From: a virus
Taxonomy: Duplodnaviria; Caudoviricetes
Length of the DNA: 52,904 bases
Virus record (IMG/VR): IMGVR_UViG_3300025585_000055
Span: 1 to 52,904 of that record
Direction: 5' to 3' (one strand)
Shown here: positions 52,751-52,904 of the stretch, piece by piece
How the letters are laid out: every line of letters begins with the position of its first letter
Position numbering within the stretch: the stretch's first letter is position 1
The notes under the pieces: generated by a model
The model's database searches: none
Seen by the model: only the letters and a program-made list of their open reading frames with translations
Told to the model about the DNA's origin: nothing
Program-made: the position numbers and the translations under genes

Positions 52751-52904
52751 CCCTCCCGCGCCGTGGCGCTCAGTGCTTCGCGAGCTATTTCTTCAATTCT
52801 GACTATCGGTATTTCTCCCGCGCCAGATCGCAGCTCCCTCCAGCCCAGTATCGACCGCAACGCCTCCTCCAGCGCCATCACCCTCGCCTGCTGTGCGGAG
52901 GTGG
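52747..52904 (-). CDS. 3' end of a hypothetical gene truncated by the window edge (...LEEALRSI...IAREAL...)
   Basis: Open frame from the right edge to TGA at 52747-52749; translated by hand. Confidence 0.6.
   Translation of the reverse strand, partial: TSAQQARVMALEEALRSILGWRELRSGAGEIPIVRIEEIAREALSATAREG

Noticed and set aside
1-52904. Prophage, integrase, tRNA genes or an alternative genetic code
   Set aside because: No host genes, recombinase or cloverleaf seen. Genes pack tightly under the standard code and all three stop codons are used.

Overview
This window is most of the genome of a tailed dsDNA phage (Caudoviricetes), probably a podovirus-like phage of a proteobacterial host. It has three blocks. 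(1) 1-4450, minus strand: small early genes under two near-consensus sigma70 promoters, with a non-coding segment (~2545-3390) that looks like a replication origin. (2) 5003-40629, plus strand: terminase, portal, GroES-like co-chaperonin, scaffold, major capsid, a cluster of tiny basic proteins, adaptors, two fibre/receptor-binding modules, a lysis cassette carrying a free-standing GIY-YIG endonuclease, tail nozzle and ejection proteins up to 1822 aa. (3) 40698-52904, minus strand: primase-helicase, SSB-like protein, HTH protein, SNF2 helicase, PD-(D/E)xK nuclease, family B DNA polymerase, DEDDh exonuclease, SutA-like protein and dUTPase. Both window ends cut minus-strand genes, consistent with a circular or permuted map missing a piece. 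I saw no integrase, tRNA, CRISPR array or reverse transcriptase. The most interesting unexplained signals are: a palindrome TTACTCA(A/G)AT(C/T)TGAGTA(A) repeated 6-7 times, seen only in the early region and often abutting ribosome-binding sites; oppositely oriented A(A/G)GTA(G/T) hexamer arrays; a promoter-linked, possibly double-pseudoknotted RNA leader after the capsid gene; and a [MFY]xxGG motif shared by many virion proteins. All family assignments come from motif recognition by eye, not from database searches.
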